Shown here in pieces: positions 28,040 to 39,340 of a stretch of DNA of 64,000 nucleotides (within the stretch, counting starts at the first letter, position 1; each line of letters opens with the position of its first letter). A model generated the notes under the pieces. That model made no database searches and was not told the origin of the DNA. It saw only the letters and a program-made list of their open reading frames with translations. A program made the position numbers and the translations under genes. The DNA comes from Puccinia triticina (taxonomy: Eukaryota): positions 248,001 through 312,000 of the forward strand of contig CP110440.1 of NCBI GenBank assembly GCA_026914245.1, given 5' to 3'.

Positions 28040-30670
28040 ATGCAAAGAGCTTTTCTATTGGCTACCTTGGTAGCTATGCTTCTTGGAGCAGACGGAGCGA
28101 ATGTCGACTGGGTCAGGACGTCACCGTCGGAACAAGGACCTAGCACGTTGTTTGAAACTCATTCAGCGCCAGCCACCTTCAGAAAGCTACGTCAGGCCCC
28201 CGGGGATGACCACAGTATCACCCTTCAAATTGGTCTGCGGAATACGCGCTTTGAAGATTCCATTGACGACCTCTTGGAGCAGATGTCTGATCCAGCCCAT
28301 CCTAAGTTCCGACCTCATCTCAACGACAAGGAGTTGGCAGAATTAAGTCAACCAGATGACGAGTCCATCGAAGCCGTCGAAGGATGGCTCAAAGGCCACG
28401 GATTCGCCAACCACCAGATGAAATGGACGGCTCACAAAGATTGGATCAGCTTGGAGAAAGTACCATTGAAGAAGGTCGAATACATGCTTGACACGACTTA
28501 CTCTGTTTATCAACATCACGATGGTGAACATTTGATCCGAACTGAGCAATACAGTCTGCCGAAGAATCTCCATTCCCACATTGAGTTGATCCAAGTAAGC
28601 CTTCACTTTTTCCCTTCACAACTCTTGAACCGCTTAACGGCGAAAGGTCTGATGTGGTTATAGCCTGCTTGCTAACATTTATTTTGTATTGCTTGTGCTG
28701 CCATTTTTAGCCGACAACCATGGTATGCGCGATCTTGTCATCAAACCGCGACGCCGCTAACATGATTAATCACTTTTCTTCTGCTGGATTGGATTTGTAG
28801 TTTGGACGCTTACAAAAACAACGCTCCTCCGTAAGAGTAATCGAAGAGCTGCCTTCAGCCAAGAGTAAAGTGTTACTCGATCCCGACATTCCCAACACAT
28901 GTACCGACCCATCAAGTGTAACAAATGACTGTTTACGACAGCTCTACAAGACTGATGACTATAAAGTCCAAGCTTCTCAGTCCAATATGATTGGCATCAC
29001 CGGTTACCTGGAGGAAGTAGGCAACTTCAAAGATGCCGAAATGTTTTTGAAAAATCAAAGACAGGACCAGGTGGGTGGGACATTTGAGGTCGTGTCGGTG
29101 AACAACGGCAGAGACAGTCAAGATTTGGACCAGGATCAGATCGACCGCCAGCTCGGTGTTGAGGCAAGTTTTATTCTTCCAAACAGCGCGGCCCCATCAT
29201 TGAAATTAATACGCGTCGTGTTTACGCACAGGCAAATTTGGACACGCAAACTGCTCTAGGGTTTACTTTACCAACGCGCAACATCTTCTGGTCTGTTGGA
29301 GGCAGCCCGCCGTTCACGCCTGATTTGACCACCCCTTACAATACCAACGAGCCGTACATTGAGTGGTTAACGTACATACTTGGTCAACCACAGGACCAAA
29401 TCCCTAAGGTCATTAGCACTTCGTGTCAGTCTTTCCCTTTTTCTTCTGACCCTTGTGTAAGAAATTCGCGATCCACTCAAATTTTCATACAATCAAACCA
29501 TGTAGACGGCGACAACGAGCAAACTGTTCCGCTCAGCTATGCGCGTCGAGTGTGTAAAGGCTTTGCAGCTTTGGGAGCCCGCGGCGTGTCGGTAATCTTT
29601 TCGTCGGGTGACTTTGGCGTTGGTAAAACTGGGTTTTGTTACGCCAATGGAGGAGACGTAAGTTTCATTTTTGAGGGTCTAGCTTTTGAGGTAACATGGA
29701 TTTCTCACCCGACGATGTGTCATTTTTCTTAGCAAACTGAAACCTTCCTACCAACCTTCCCGGCAACTTGCCCGTAGTAAGTCGGTAATTTTGGTTGCTG
29801 ATGTGGTGTTGTTGATGTATCGCACTCACCTAACTCCATCTTTTCTATGCCTAGTGTCACATCTGTCGGTGCTACAGAAAAATTCTTTCCAGAAGTAGCT
29901 GTTTCCGAAAGCGGACCCGGAGGGTTCAACAGTGGAGGCGGTTTTTGTGAGTGCTCTGACAGCTTCCAAGCCCAGCACATGTGCAAGAGCTGACGCGCAG
30001 CCTCATCGGAATCTCTTTCATCATTTAACTTTACTCAGCGAACTACTTTGCAACACCCAAGTGGCAGAAAAGAGAAGTTGACCGCTATCTTAACTACCTG
30101 GGACCCGACACTTACCAGGGCCTTTACAACCGAACCGGTCGAGGATTCCCCGATGTTTCCGCACAGGGTGCCAAATACGTTATCGCTTGGCAGCAGTCAT
30201 TCTTGACCGGTGAGCACTTCTCTCCGCGCGAAGCCCCGCTCAACATTCATTAAGCACTCATGATTTCAAACATTTCCAGTCGGAGGCACATCCGCATCGG
30301 CACCCACGTTCGCCTCCATCATCGCATTGCTCAACGACTACAGCATGTCTTTAGGTGGTCCATCGCTGGGCTACCTCAACCCATGGCTATATGGCACTGG
30401 ATACCGTGGATTGAATGATGTCCTCAGCGGCAGCTCTAGTGGATGCAACACCACCGGATTTTCAGCCATCCGAGGCTGGGACCCGTAAGTGTTTTGAAAT
30501 TCTGCTCGTGATAATTCTTGCGATCTGCCTGAATACTTATTCCTCGTCCGCGCACGCTGCCTTTTGTTGCGCGCCTAAGGGTAACTGGATTGGGAACCCC
30601 TAATTTCCGCAAGTTGCAGCGTCTAGTTCGACCTTGGAGCATGGCAATGGCCAAGCAAATGGGATCTTAA
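28040..30670 (+). CDS. Secreted tripeptidyl-peptidase / sedolisin (peptidase S53), copy 2, multi-exon
   Basis: Signal peptide MQRAFLLATLVAMLLGADG, E|ANLD, FSSGDFGV, GRGFPDVSAQG, GGTSASAPTFA, GWDP|VTGLGTPNF; intron positions match copy 1; stop TAA at 30670. Confidence 0.93.
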
Positions 30671-31242
30671 GCACTTTCTGATTTCTCAATACACTCAACA
30701 TCTTTCTGAGAGGTTTTGATGATCATTTATCTTTACATGAATTAGTTTACCGCCCAGTAGATACCTTCATCGCATCACCGTGCATAAACAACCAACTTTC
30801 AAGAACACTTTTAAGTGCAACACACATCCCTTCACAATTACAATTACTTATTTATTCTGTTCCTACAATCACTCCTAATTTATCGGCATAATTTTCCAGA
30901 ATTATCCAAATATGTATCTATCTATGATAAGGGGTTCCTAGTTAATTCTTTCATTTCTGCATTTTCTGCGGACAATAATTTCAATCCTTTGTCAACAGAC
31001 CATTCATCTCCAGCCATGCCACTTCCAGAGACAATCATCATCATTCAAACAGCTATAGGATCAACACTCATCAAGTGTATCCACAAAGATGTTGCGGAGC
31101 AAAAGCCCGCAGTATTATTGAGATTAGATTGTCTGCTCAGTTGCAGTGTACCACAATGCCAATGTTAAATGCACTTAGTTTGCAACCTCTCACATATTAT
31201 GTGTGTCATCACCTCAAACTCATTTCCATGCAATGTGTACTC

Positions 31243-31273
<31 letters not shown>

Positions 31274-31481
31274 TTGAGTATGTGAGTTTGACTCTCACAG
31301 TACATGAGGTTGTGGGTTCAATACCCACTTCACTTGGACCATACTTTTCACAAGTTCAATAGGTTATGAGCCCAGATAGCGCTATGCTGCTATTCAAATG
31401 AACTTGGAAAAGATAGGTGCATTGTTTCTAACCCTGCAACTAGCAAGGGGGAGTATTGAGAGTAGATTGACTGCTCAGTTG

Positions 31482-32535
31482 CAAGGGTGAAACAGCTGCG
31501 CTGAAAACAGCGCAAAAAGTGGTCAGCGCAGCGTTTTTTGGGCCCACTGCGCTGAGCTGACAATCAGCGGGTGGGGCGCTGCGCAGCGGTCTAAAACCGC
31601 TGATCCTAGTTGGTTAACCGCTGATATCGGCGATTAAAAACCACTGATCCTAGTTGGTTAACCGCTGATATCGGCGATTAAAAACCGCTGATCTAGGTAC
31701 AACATTCTAAAAAAAACCAATGAAAAAAGTGACTTTTTATGGGGCTTTGGAGGGGAGAAGATTGGGGAAAGATAATCAAGAAAAAATCAAAAGTAGATTA
31801 CTATTTATGGGGTTTCAAGGTTGTTGCGGCGGAAGATTCTTGATATTTTTTGAACTTGGGATTTTTCTGAGCAGCGTCAATAATTTGACAAAAGGAATTG
31901 ATCAAACATTTTCAATATCAATATTAGTCAATTAGGAACTAAGGAGGAAAAAGAAAAGGAAGTTTGAGACTGACCTTCCACCAAGCTAAGACACAACCCT
32001 TCTTGTCTATGGGAAAATCACCATTGGTGTAGCGCTCAATCTTGGTGTTGAGTTGGACTGCTTGGGAATTTTCTGGATAAAAATTAAACTTGTCCCCATC
32101 ACTTTTGGACTCCGGATCGGGTGGGCGCTCCGAGCTGGTATGTTTCAAAGGTGGATTGGGTTCAACTTCAAGTGATTTCAGATAAATTTCATGTTCTTCA
32201 AAGGTTTCTCGAATAAGCGCAGTGATCATTGATTGCACTGCGGAAAAATGTGTTGCGCCTCACTGACAGCGGCGCTTCCGCTGCGGCAGCCGTCAGCGCT
32301 TGCACAGCGGAAACAGCGCGCTGACAGCTGAAATAGCGGTCAGCGGCAATTCAGCGCAATTTCCGCTGCGCTGCGCTTTTTGTCAGCTTTAGCGCTCATT
32401 TATCCGCTGCGCTAACGCTGATCACCGGAAATTGTCAGCGGTATAACGCTGATTGGGCTGGAGAATCAGCGGTGGACCGCTGCGCTGCGCTGAAAGTGCC
32501 GCTGATGTCAGCGCAGCGCAGCGGTTTCACCCTTG
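31482..32535 (-). mobile_element. Non-autonomous hAT-type DNA transposon (1054 bp) inserted in LTR2
   Basis: TIRs CAAGGGTGAAAC.GCTGCGCTG / CAGCGCAGCGGTTTCACCCTTG, duplicated target TCAGTTG, many CAGCG/CGCTG subterminal motifs, internal hAT dimerisation-domain-like fragment (IERYTNG...VLAWWK, 31939-32238 minus). Confidence 0.85.
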
Positions 32536-32971
32536 TCAGTTGCAGCGTACCACAATGCCAATGTTAAATGCACTTAGTTTGCAACCTCTCGCATATTATG
32601 TGTGTCATCACCTCAAACTCATTTCCATGCAATGTGTACTCAGCTCAATGGTCAGAGCATCACTCATGAATGTTGAGTATGTGAGTTTGACTCTCACAGT
32701 ACATGAGGTTGTGGGTTCAATACCCACTTCACTCGGACCATACTTTTCACAAGTTCAATAGGTTATGAGCCCAGATAGCGCTATGCTGCTATTCAAATGA
32801 ACTTGGAAAAGATAGGTGCATTGTTTCTAACCCTGCAACTAGCAAGGGGGAGTATTGAGAGAAGATTGTCTGCTCAGTTGCAGCGTACCACAATGCCAAT
32901 GTTAAATGCACTTAGTTTGCAACCTCTCACATATTATGTGTGTCATCACCTCAAACTCATTTCCATGCAAT

Positions 32972-32979
32972 GTGTACTC

Positions 32980-33010
<31 letters not shown>

Positions 33011-33042
33011 TTGAGTATGTGAGTTCGACTCTCACAGTACAT
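32972..33042 (+). ncRNA. tRNA-like cloverleaf inside the LTR (best copy; also 31235-31305 and 32634-32704)
   Basis: Acceptor GTGTACT/AGTACAT, D-arm GCTC-AATGGTTA-GAGC, imperfect 17-nt anticodon arm TCACTCATGAATGTTGA, T-arm GTGAG-TTCGACT-CTCAC; 71 nt. Probably not a functional tRNA. Confidence 0.65.
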
Positions 33043-33368
33043 GAGGTTGTGGGTTCAATACCCACTTCAATCGGACCATACTTTTCACAAGTTCAATAAG
33101 TATCGCACATCTGCCAAGAATTCTTCCGCTCCTTAAGGGACAGTAAATTCTAGCCATGTACAAGTGATTTGCCACCCAGTGGTGGCGCAGAGTTGAACAT
33201 GTTTTCAGAGACAGATGAGTAGTCAAGCCACTGTGGTTCTGAGGCATCCCTGACAACAAACAGCCTGACCTGCGCTGAGAAGGCCAAGGTGGACAGGCTA
33301 GTGACACCAAACTTAACTAAGTTCCTCTCTTTCCTGAGGCTTTGCCGGGGGGATAATCAGGAATTTTC

Positions 33369-33953
33369 CGAACTTAACCCAAGTCCCTCGCTGCTGCGGG
33401 CGTGTGACTCGCGAAGCAAGCCTCCGACAGCCCTTGGCAGGAGGGACTTGCGCCCTATTGCCCCTTTTTGCGGGGGCTAGATTCTAAATTTGGGTGGAAG
33501 GAATTTTCAGATGTGTATAATTCCTTGCTTCCACAATTTTCTCAAGATTAAATTTTCTGAGGTTGAAGACTGGCTTGTGCCTGTCCAACCTATAGAATCT
33601 GAGCTATCTGAAGATATTCCTTCCATTCCAAATCAATACATCAAATCCACCCAAAATATGGATTTTGCATGGAGAGGGTCTGTGCTCACCAACTTGGTTT
33701 CCACAGTTGGCTCTCCATCAGAACATAGAGGGGATCATTGGCAATATAAAAAATTGCACTATTTTCTGCAGCATCTTCTGATGAAAGTGAGCTAACAATA
33801 TAGGGGAGGGTGTGGTAGGTGAGCTGTAGAAAAATTGAACAAACTACCTTCAAAATCCATTCTTGGTGCGCGAGTTTGGGGAGCTAAGGGGTAAGTCCCT
33901 CCTGACAAAGGCTTGCTTCGCAAGTTCACCCCTGAAGTCTTGTGTGAAGTTCA
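33369..33953. mobile_element. Mutator-like MITE nested in a related element (outer copy ~33308-34812)
   Basis: Termini CGAACTTAACCCAAG / CTTGTGTGAAGTTCA with 9-bp TSD GGAATTTTC (33360-33368 / 33954-33962). Flanking sequence is homologous to the 21695-22050 MITE. Confidence 0.75.
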
Positions 33954-36900
33954 GGAATTTTCACATGAGAGATATTTTGGTTTAGGTGGTGTTTCCCTTT
34001 GAATCACCAGAACTCAACTCTGACCATGCTAAACCTTCTAAGTTTTTGGTGGATGGTACACCTGAATCTGCCCCTCCTCCTGATATAATTTCAGGCTCCC
34101 TCACCTCCATATTCCTCCATCTTTTATTTTTCTAAAACATCCATTTCCTTGAGTTTCATGGAATTTCCACCAGATCAGAGCATAACTTCCCGTGCGCAGT
34201 CATCTCAAGGTCAATTTGTTGATACAACATGATATAAGTATGTGTGCCTCAATGAAATCAAGATGAAATTTAGTCTAGCTTAACAAAGCCTCTCGAGCAG
34301 AGGGTCCGGGGGACCCCGCCCGGAGGGCTTTCCACAGGAGAGGCTTATGTGTTATGTCTTGATTTAAGCAGGAGCAGAAAGGATCTGCTACACTAAAAAT
34401 CCCAACCAATATAGAAAAACTGAATACACAGAGTTTTAGGTTCTGTTCTTGCAAGGAATTTGAGCCACTCACTTATCTTGTAGCCAGAAAAACAACTCCT
34501 GGAGTCCCAAACAAGTGGAGCCTCATTTGGAAGACTTGTGCATTTTTGATCTTTTGAAAAGGTCAACAGATTGGGATAGAAAAAATCTGAGTAGACCAAA
34601 TTGTAGAGAAAGAAAATTAGCATAGGGTACAGATAGGGCATATTGGTGGAGAGGCTGGGGGAGGAGCTATAAAAATTTTAAAAACCTCTCAGCCAAATGA
34701 ACTTTCTGCTCCCGCGTAAAATTTGGGATAATGCGCAAGTCCCTCCCTGTGGGAGGGGCGGCTTCGCCGCCAGCCAGAGCGCTCCCACCAGGGGGGACTT
34801 GTGTTAAGTTAGAAATTTAGTGATGTGATGAACATCACAATTAGTTTGTTTTTTATTCTGATTTTCAAAGCATTTTTTCAGACTTACTTAATTTGTGCAC
34901 GGCAAAGAAATTCTTTGCTCACTGTGCAGTGCGCGCATTTCCAAACACTTTATTCAAGTGTTTCAGATTTTTTTTTCCACTTTGTGCATGAATATGGCTT
35001 TGAAAAATTGGGAAATTTTGCATGAAATCTGTCATAGTGCACCGGTACATGGTGCAATCACCTAGTCTTCCAAAGCCTTATTCCTGCAAAGTGTCCAAAA
35101 CGTTCTGACACTTGAATATATATCTATCATGATTCAAGAAATTATTTGGAAATTTGAGCATGCAGGAACATTAATTCCAGGTCCCCAAAGGACTGTGTTT
35201 TCAGCATACAAGGAATCTTTAAAAAAACTCCCAAAAAATGCACCAAGGACAATCAGAGGCCTGGATATATTGATTTGTAAAAAAAAAAACTTGGTTTTTT
35301 GCAGTGTGCAAAGTAAGTCTGTATTTTTTGTTAAAGATAGCTGAGCCTGGATGCCCGGAATATAAAATACATGATAATTTTGGTGAGAGGAATTTCAGTA
35401 AGAAAAAATGGGTCTTGTGAGGAGGGGCTGAGAAATGATAGAGTAATGAGGAATATAACAATGAGTGTGGTCAATTATCTGAATCTCTCAATTCATGCAA
35501 ACATTCCTGATCAGTCATAAGTACCTCTGGCAAAACCTCAAGCAAGGAGGACTTTGTTAATTTTGTGGTGGCACTGACAGTCTGTCCACAAACACACATT
35601 TTTATGTTTGGCCTTATATTACTTGACCAAAACCATCCAAAACTCTCCATGGAATGTGCAATGAGTACATATTCCCAAAGCTCATCCACATCCTGCCCTC
35701 TTCATTAAACCCCACAAAAAAAAGGGAGTGCCATGGGGGTCTTCCCACACGCCAGTACAGGCATGCTCTATGCATCCCCACATGGCCAGACAAAATTGTG
35801 AACTGATCATCTTTGGATGAGTTGGGGAAAGGAGTGGATGATGATCCCCAAAGATTGGCAGATGCTGAGATGAGGATTGCCATATGTAGTCTTTGCATTC
35901 TTGTGCACAGATAAGCTCCTAGGAAGCAGCCCATGGCTGCATAGCTACCAGTCTCTCACCCAGTCCATTTGCTCACTGAATACAATACTATCACAGACAA
36001 AATTGTAACACCATATATGTACTTGTATAGAGGCATAACCTAGAGAATGTCAAGGAAACAAAGGGGCGATTGTAGTCTAGCTGTGGTAGCACCAGAGCAA
36101 GAGCAAAGCAATATCCATTGTTACTTGCTATCCACTGATGTCTGGTGCCCCTCAAACGTAGGCAAGACCAGGGTGTCTGTTTCCCATGCCGCTATAGATC
36201 TGGCACGGTGCAAACCCCAGAACGGAGGCAACTTCCTTGATTTGTCCCCGCCATATTCCAACAACCTGCCAGGCCAAGCAAAATACCCACTTTTCCATAC
36301 CTCTGCTTGGGGGTTTAAGGTTTCTCAGATGCCACCAGCTGGCACGCAGGAGGCTCGATAGGCAGATGTTCCAGTGTCAGTTGAACCTTTGGCATAGGTT
36401 GCATACTAATATCAAGCTTCCGTGCACAGTCACTGCGCAAAAAGAACACCATTGCTCATAGGATCACATGGAGTTCCAACAGCCATCTTGTTCTGGACCA
36501 TCTCACATGTCCACAGTGCAACTTTTTCTGGTATGTAGTGGGAGTAAATGATGCATTGACAACAAAACGGAACAATCATATACACATAAACAGATCCAAG
36601 AGAAAAGGTGGATGGACAACAACAACAGTTTCATTTTTGTTCTTCTTCTTCTTGATGTGGTGTGTATGTACAAGTGTTTAAGTGAGCCATGCGGCCAGCG
36701 CGCTCCAAGAGTACACATTACTCCTGTGATGTTATTTTTTTTTGGGGGGGGGGGAGGGGGCAGAATGCGTCAGGTGCCGGAGGAAAGAGATGAGACACAC
36801 AGAGAGAGAGAGACGGAAGGACATGCGGCGAGGGTGGAGCGACAGACATTAATGACACATTTTTGTAGGGATGAGATGTACGAGATGAGGGAGAGGACAT

Positions 36901-37274
36901 GATCATCGCTGTCGTTGTCGTCATCGTCGTGGTATGTAGGAGTAAGAAGAGGGGAAGAGAAAGAGGAAGATGAGGAATACATTATAGATGTACATTAAAA
37001 ACAGACCACAGGGAAAGGTGCGTGTATATATGTAGTATATATGTGTATGTGTTGCGTGGAGAGGGAAACAGGCGAACAAGGTCCGTGATATTGACAAACA
37101 GAAAAAGAGAGAAAGTAACGGTGCTTTCCATCGAGGGGAAGAGGGGTAGGAGGGGGGTACGGACATACAGATGTGGGGAGGGATGATTAATCATTAAGGC
37201 AGCACGGCGAAGAATTAATTCTTTTTTTATTTTATTTTATTATAATTAAAAAAAAAGGGGAGAGGGGGAGGGGG

Positions 37275-39076
37275 TTAAGGGGTGTCTTCGAGGTCTAATC
37301 CGACGAGGACCTCGTCGAGCAGGTTTCCAGACTTGAGGATGGACTGGTAGTTGATAGCGCTGAGTTGGACGAGTTGCCAGCTGGGCCGGATGGGCAGGCC
37401 GGCCGCGGACTTGGACTTGCGCATGAAGGGCGAGTCGGGGTCGGGCGCGACGCGGAGCTCGGTGGGGCTGGGCTCGGCGGAGCTGCTGGTGCGGGAGTGG
37501 TCGAGATGGTCGAGGCGTAGCATGGGGTGGGAGCGGCGCGAGATGAGCTGGCGGGTGACTGAGGAGAGCTTGGGGGCGTCGTCGCAGCCGATTGGGCCGG
37601 CCAATCGGGCCCATCGGTACATGTTGTCCTCCTCCGCCGCCGCCGCCGCCCGCTCTTTCCTCTCCCCCTCTTCCTCCGACGCTATCCAGCTGGCCAGGTT
37701 GGTCGTGGTGATCGTGTGCTCGTGCGAGTCCAGGTCGTCGTAGGCCGACTCGTCGTGTGTCGTCGGAGGGGCGGTGGCCGCCGAGAGACAGTCCTCGCCC
37801 CACCGGGTGCAGGCCTGGTCGGAACTCATGTGGTTCAGGGCGGCCTGGAAGCCGGCCGCAAACACGTCGTTCTCTTCCCGCGCAAGCAGCGAGTCGGCCG
37901 AGGGTGAGCCGAGAGAGTACAGTGGCGAGCTCCACCTCCGGGGTGAGCGCAGGCCTGAGGGGACGTGGGTAGAGGTGAGGATGGGGGCGGTGGGGAAGGC
38001 GGGGAATCGCTTGTGGCTGGAGTGTTCGAAGGGCGGGTGCTCGGAGCAGTACGAGGGACTCAAGGGCTCGATGGTGGTGGCCGAGTTGGGGCCGAGGGAT
38101 GAGCAGGTGATGACGGAGCCGGAGGTGCTGCAGGTGTCGAAGGAGTCGAAGGAGGGCCGGTAGTCTGAGATGAGGGCCTCGTCGATCAGGTCGAGCTGGT
38201 CGAAGCACGGCCGGGGGATCCGCAGGAAGGTCGAGGAGGCGGGTTCTTCGTGGACCAGGACGCCGGCGACCAGGCTGGTGTCACTGACGACGGACTGCTG
38301 GCGGAACTTGCGGTGGTCGTTGGTGCTCGGGGAGCTGGTGATGGGCAGGAGAGCGATGGAGGAGGATGAGAGCAGTGGGGCGGGGGTGGAGGTGATGGGG
38401 GATGAGGGGGCAGGGTCGGGCTCGGGATCGGCGAGGGGTTTGAGGGTGCTGCTGAGGAGGAGATCGGGGAGGAGCTGTGGGGCGCCGTGGCGACGAAAGT
38501 AGAAAGGAGCTGGCTGGACGGCTGGCTGGGGCTGGTCTTGATGGAGCAGACAGGCTTTGAGAGCGAACTCGAGGTCATGATTTTTGAGGGGTTTGCCGAT
38601 GACGCCATGCATGCCGAGGGATTTGTAGAGCTGAACCTGTGGGTGGGGAATGGGTGGGTTAGATGGTGGTTTGGCGGTGGGGGTGTGATGGATGATACCT
38701 ACCTGCCAGTCGGCCAGGTCGGTTGTGACGGCGCAGATGTGTATGTTGGAGGATGGGTGGCTGGGGTTGTTTCTGAGTCTGCGGCAGACCTCGAGGCCGG
38801 AGATGCCGGGCATGGAGATGTCGAGGAAGAGCAGATCGAAGTGGTTGGAGTGGAGGAGCTCGAGTGCCTGGAGGCCGGAGTCTGCGGTCTGGAGGGCGTC
38901 CAGGTGGAGGAAGGCGGATAGCTTGGTTTTAAGGAGCTGCTTCATGACCCGCTGGGGATGAGAGTGTGTTAGTGTTGGTGTGGGAGTGGAGGGGCTGTTT
39001 GGGAGGGGGCGCTTACGAGGTTGAGGTGGTTGTCGTCGACTATGAGGACGTTGAGCCGTGCCAGCGTGGGATCCAT
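37275..39076 (-). CDS. Stand-alone response regulator: N-terminal receiver (REC) domain plus long low-complexity tail
   Basis: MDPTLARLNVLIVDDNHLNL|RVMK..., FDLLFLDISMPGISGLEV (phosphoacceptor Asp), CAVTT, GMHGVIGKPL (conserved Lys). Introns 38952-39016 and 38637-38702. Confidence 0.85.
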
Positions 39077-39188
39077 CGCTTCTGAGGGGGTTTGTTGATG
39101 GTCAGGAGGAGGAGATGGGCAGGAGGAGGGATGGTCAGGAGGAGGGGGAAGTGGGAGGAAGGGGGAGTGGTTTTGGGCGGGCAGAAAC

Positions 39189-39189
<1 letters not shown>

Positions 39190-39220
<31 letters not shown>

Positions 39221-39340
39221 TGGCTATATGCACACTTTCCAACGGTCGCGCCGGGGGGGATGGCGGGCAGGGTGCAGGCCAGAAGCAGCCCGAGCTGGGC
39301 CAGTCGCCCCAGCCCCAGCCCCAGCCCCAGCCCCAGCCCA
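39190..39340. repeat. (CAG)n and (CCCCAG)n microsatellites upstream of the response regulator
   Basis: About ten CAG units at 39190-39219 and about five CCCCAG units at ~39307-39338. Confidence 0.85.

Larger units (their letters stand above)
31116..33098 (+). mobile_element. Tandem-array TRIM-like non-autonomous copia-type LTR retrotransposon (LTR-I-LTR-I-LTR)
   Basis: LTR1 31116-31361, LTR2 31454-32760 (interrupted), LTR3 32853-33098; each 246 bp with TATTGA...TCAATA ends. Two identical 92-bp internals (31362-31453, 32761-32852) begin with PBS GGTTATGAGCCC and end with PPT AGCAAGGGGGAG. 5-bp TSD AGTAT at 31111-31115 / 33099-33103. Confidence 0.9.

Noticed and set aside
31235..31305. Genuine tRNA gene or simple SINE array
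   Set aside because: Anticodon arm is imperfect, and the module lies within LTRs bounded by PBS, PPT and a 5-bp TSD; no poly-A/T tail.
31075..33099. Three near-identical ~100-aa ORFs ending VVGSIPTSLGPYFSQVQ
   Set aside because: Incidental translations of the LTRs, not a gene family.
35100..36480. Degenerate transposase-like fragments (e.g. AGTLIPGP)
   Set aside because: Multiple stops and only one weak motif; cannot be assigned.
37246..38208. 320-aa alternative-frame ORF and plus-strand ORFs over the response regulator
   Set aside because: Frame shadows caused by high GC3; Arg/Pro-rich with no domain.
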